The position numbers and the translations under genes were made by a program. A stretch of DNA of 64,000 bases from Bilabrum cf. latius (Eukaryota): contig OZ237738.1 in NCBI GenBank assembly GCA_965178125.1, positions 1 to 64,000 of the forward strand, written 5' to 3'. Each line of letters begins with the position of its first letter. The stretch's first letter is position 1. The notes below the pieces were generated by a model. That model did not search any database. It was not told the origin of the DNA and saw only the letters and a list, made by a program, of their open reading frames with translations. This document shows, one piece after another, positions 62,035 to 64,000 of this stretch.

Positions 62035-63421
62035 TTACTTGCGTTTTGGCCTGGTCTTTCTCCTCGCGGCCCCCGTCGCGCTAGAGGCACTAGCTGCCCC
62101 TCCACCTCGTCCTCGTCCTTGCCGAGTCTGCTCCCCGGTCGCACTCGAGCCTCGACCAGCCTTCCAACTATTCTGCGGCCCTCCATCCCTTGTGTCAAGT
62201 TCCTCATTCCCGGCCCCTCGCCCCTCAAGCCGGAAGTGGTTGATCAGCTCCGCCATGCGGCCCGCATTCATCTCGAGCCCCTGCAGCAGGCGCTGGCGGG
62301 GTCCACCTCCACCAGTGACCGGCGGGACACTGCTCGGATGCATCGGGTGCGAGGATTTGCTACTACTAGCACTGCGGCTGCTCGGCTGCTCCCCGCTCCC
62401 GCTGTCTGCTCCACCTGCCCCTGCCCTGTCACCATTCGCTTCACCCAAACCTGTAGCCTCTTCTACTCCGCCAGCAGACCGCTCCTCCCCATCAGCTCTG
62501 ACGTCCGCATCCCCCATTTCTTCCTCCTGTCCTGACCCTCCTTCCTCCTCGAGGTCAAGCCCGCCCAGACCACCGCTCTCGACACCCTCGAGGAGCATGT
62601 CAGCCAGCTGGCTGTACACGGTCTCACCCCCGCCTGGAGGAGGAAGAGGACTCGATGGGGACCCGCCCCCGCTACCCCCTGCGCTGCGATCATCCATGCT
62701 CCTGGCTCCTGCACTGAGAGGCGCGCTCGTCGGACTCCCCTGCCAGCCCCTGAGCAACCCGCTGCCGCCCGAGTCCCGTCGCACGCCCAGCGAAGTCTGG
62801 CCGACTCCAAACATCGCCCGGCGAGAGGCGTGTTGTGCTGATCCAAACGCGCTAGAAACGAACACTCTGCCTGTATCATTACTGCTGCCGCTCATATCCC
62901 GCCGCGGCCGCTTGCGGTGCGGCCCCAAAGCCTTTGGCAATGATTCTGCTTCGGTGCCTGGGCCTGCCCAGCCCGAGCTGCGGAGGGCAGTGTAGTCAGC
63001 CACAAGCTCCTAAATACCAGCAAGAGTTTTCTAGAGGTGGTCTGCGGCCGCCTCTCTGTTATTTCCCATGGCCACCAGCCTTTGCGCCTCCTCACGTTTC
63101 AAACGATGATAGTCCGTGAGAACATCCAGCAAGGACTAGGCTTGAGCAGCATTTCTAGGTAGGGCCGATGCATCTTTGGTCAGATCCAATGAGTCCACAA
63201 TCAGCTGCTAACAAGTTCTGTGAAACCCCTACGCATGCAAGAAAGAGTAGCACACCGAAAGCGCATGAAAGGACTGCGCACCTGCTTGCATTCTCGCAAG
63301 CAACGCAACGGCCTGCTCTCGTTAGCTGGCAGCAGAATCAATAGGAAAAGGAAAGTTTATGTAATCTCGGACCTGAATGGACCTCACCCTTCGTGCACTT
63401 TGAGGCAAGCAATTCGGCCAT
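62035..63421 (-). CDS. LisH-motif protein with a low-complexity tail; intron 63282-63387
   Basis: VCYSFLHA*GFHRTC*QL..SLLDVLTDYHRLKREE read with TAG=Q; basic C-terminus RRKTRPKRK; ends in TAA. Confidence 0.65.
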
Positions 63422-63511
63422 CGTCACATGCGTCGAGCAACCAGCGTGGGGCAGCATTGCTTCATACAATAAGCTTGACCGGTAGCTTCGATGTCGCCAA
63501 TCATGAATTGA

Positions 63512-64000
63512 ATGGCTGCATTGCTTCGCCGCGCGATCAACCGCTGCCGTCGGCAGCTCCAAAGGTTTTTCGCAAATGTTCGCTCAGGTGAGGTGCTGCA
63601 TGCCAGGGTTAGTGCTGCGTGAGAGCTGTGATACGCCAATAAAAGGACTGCATTTGAGCATTTATCGCAGCACTTGACCCTCACTCGTTTCACGAGCTTG
63701 ACTTGCTTCGCTTCGATGGTGTGGACGACATCGAGCGATTCACAGTCAGCACCGATCGCTCTATGGGTGGAGCATCGTACGCTACGTTCAGTGTGCGAGC
63801 GGCGAGACGAAAGGGGCATGCAGATATTATACGAGGGGTATTTGAGGGCGTAATTTTGGGCCCTCGTATCCGCGGTCACGACCAGACAGATGTACTACGC
63901 CTCGGCGACGGAGGCAACGTTGAGCAGGTCCTGCTCGGCGAGCCGCAGAAGGACTCAGGAGCTCGAGCGTTTGCTTCAAGAGACCTTCGCTCGAACGATC
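63512..64000 (+). CDS. NDUFAF1: Complex I assembly factor CIA30/NDUFAF1-like, 5' part only; intron 63588-63670
   Basis: Arg-rich presequence MAALLRRAINRCRR, then LLRFD..F.VSTDRSMGGASYATF...VFEGVI; runs off the window; absent from the ORF track. Confidence 0.65.

Noticed and set aside
7945-63421. Mass pseudogenisation or sequencing error as the cause of in-frame stops
   Set aside because: The interruptions are TAG only, I saw no frameshifts, and they coincide with conserved Gln in housekeeping genes
63870-64000. Spo11-like TTRQMYY motif
   Set aside because: That frame has an upstream TAA; another frame gives a coherent spliced CIA30/NDUFAF1 model

Overview
This window is the left end of a chromosome from a compact-genome microbial eukaryote. 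Bases 1-7592 are a composite telomere: (CCCTAA)n tracts interleaved with non-coding modules built from a 155-bp tandem repeat, and every module ends in the same 45-bp cap joined to telomeric repeats. After a short GT-rich subtelomeric minisatellite come about 22 tightly packed genes with short GT-AG introns (83-122 nt). They include a Nudix hydrolase, a RING protein, a WDR77-like protein, VPS8, STOML2, SERAC1, a MAP kinase, an IQ-motif protein, TRMU/MnmA, mitochondrial TyrRS, NAA20, an SLC25 carrier, Angel, TBCB, ACOT13, a THUMP methyltransferase, PH and LisH proteins, and NDUFAF1. The main result is that the supplied ORF track is fragmented because TAG behaves as a sense codon. It falls at conserved Gln positions (KD*SYFL, GGSD*WGN, VP*Q, CF*E, G*PFD), while genes end in TGA or TAA. 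This implies a nuclear code with UAG=Gln and UAA/UGA=stop, a rare decoupling of UAG from UAA. Gene models were built by eye using TAG=Gln. Family names come from recognised motifs, not database searches, and several start codons are approximate.
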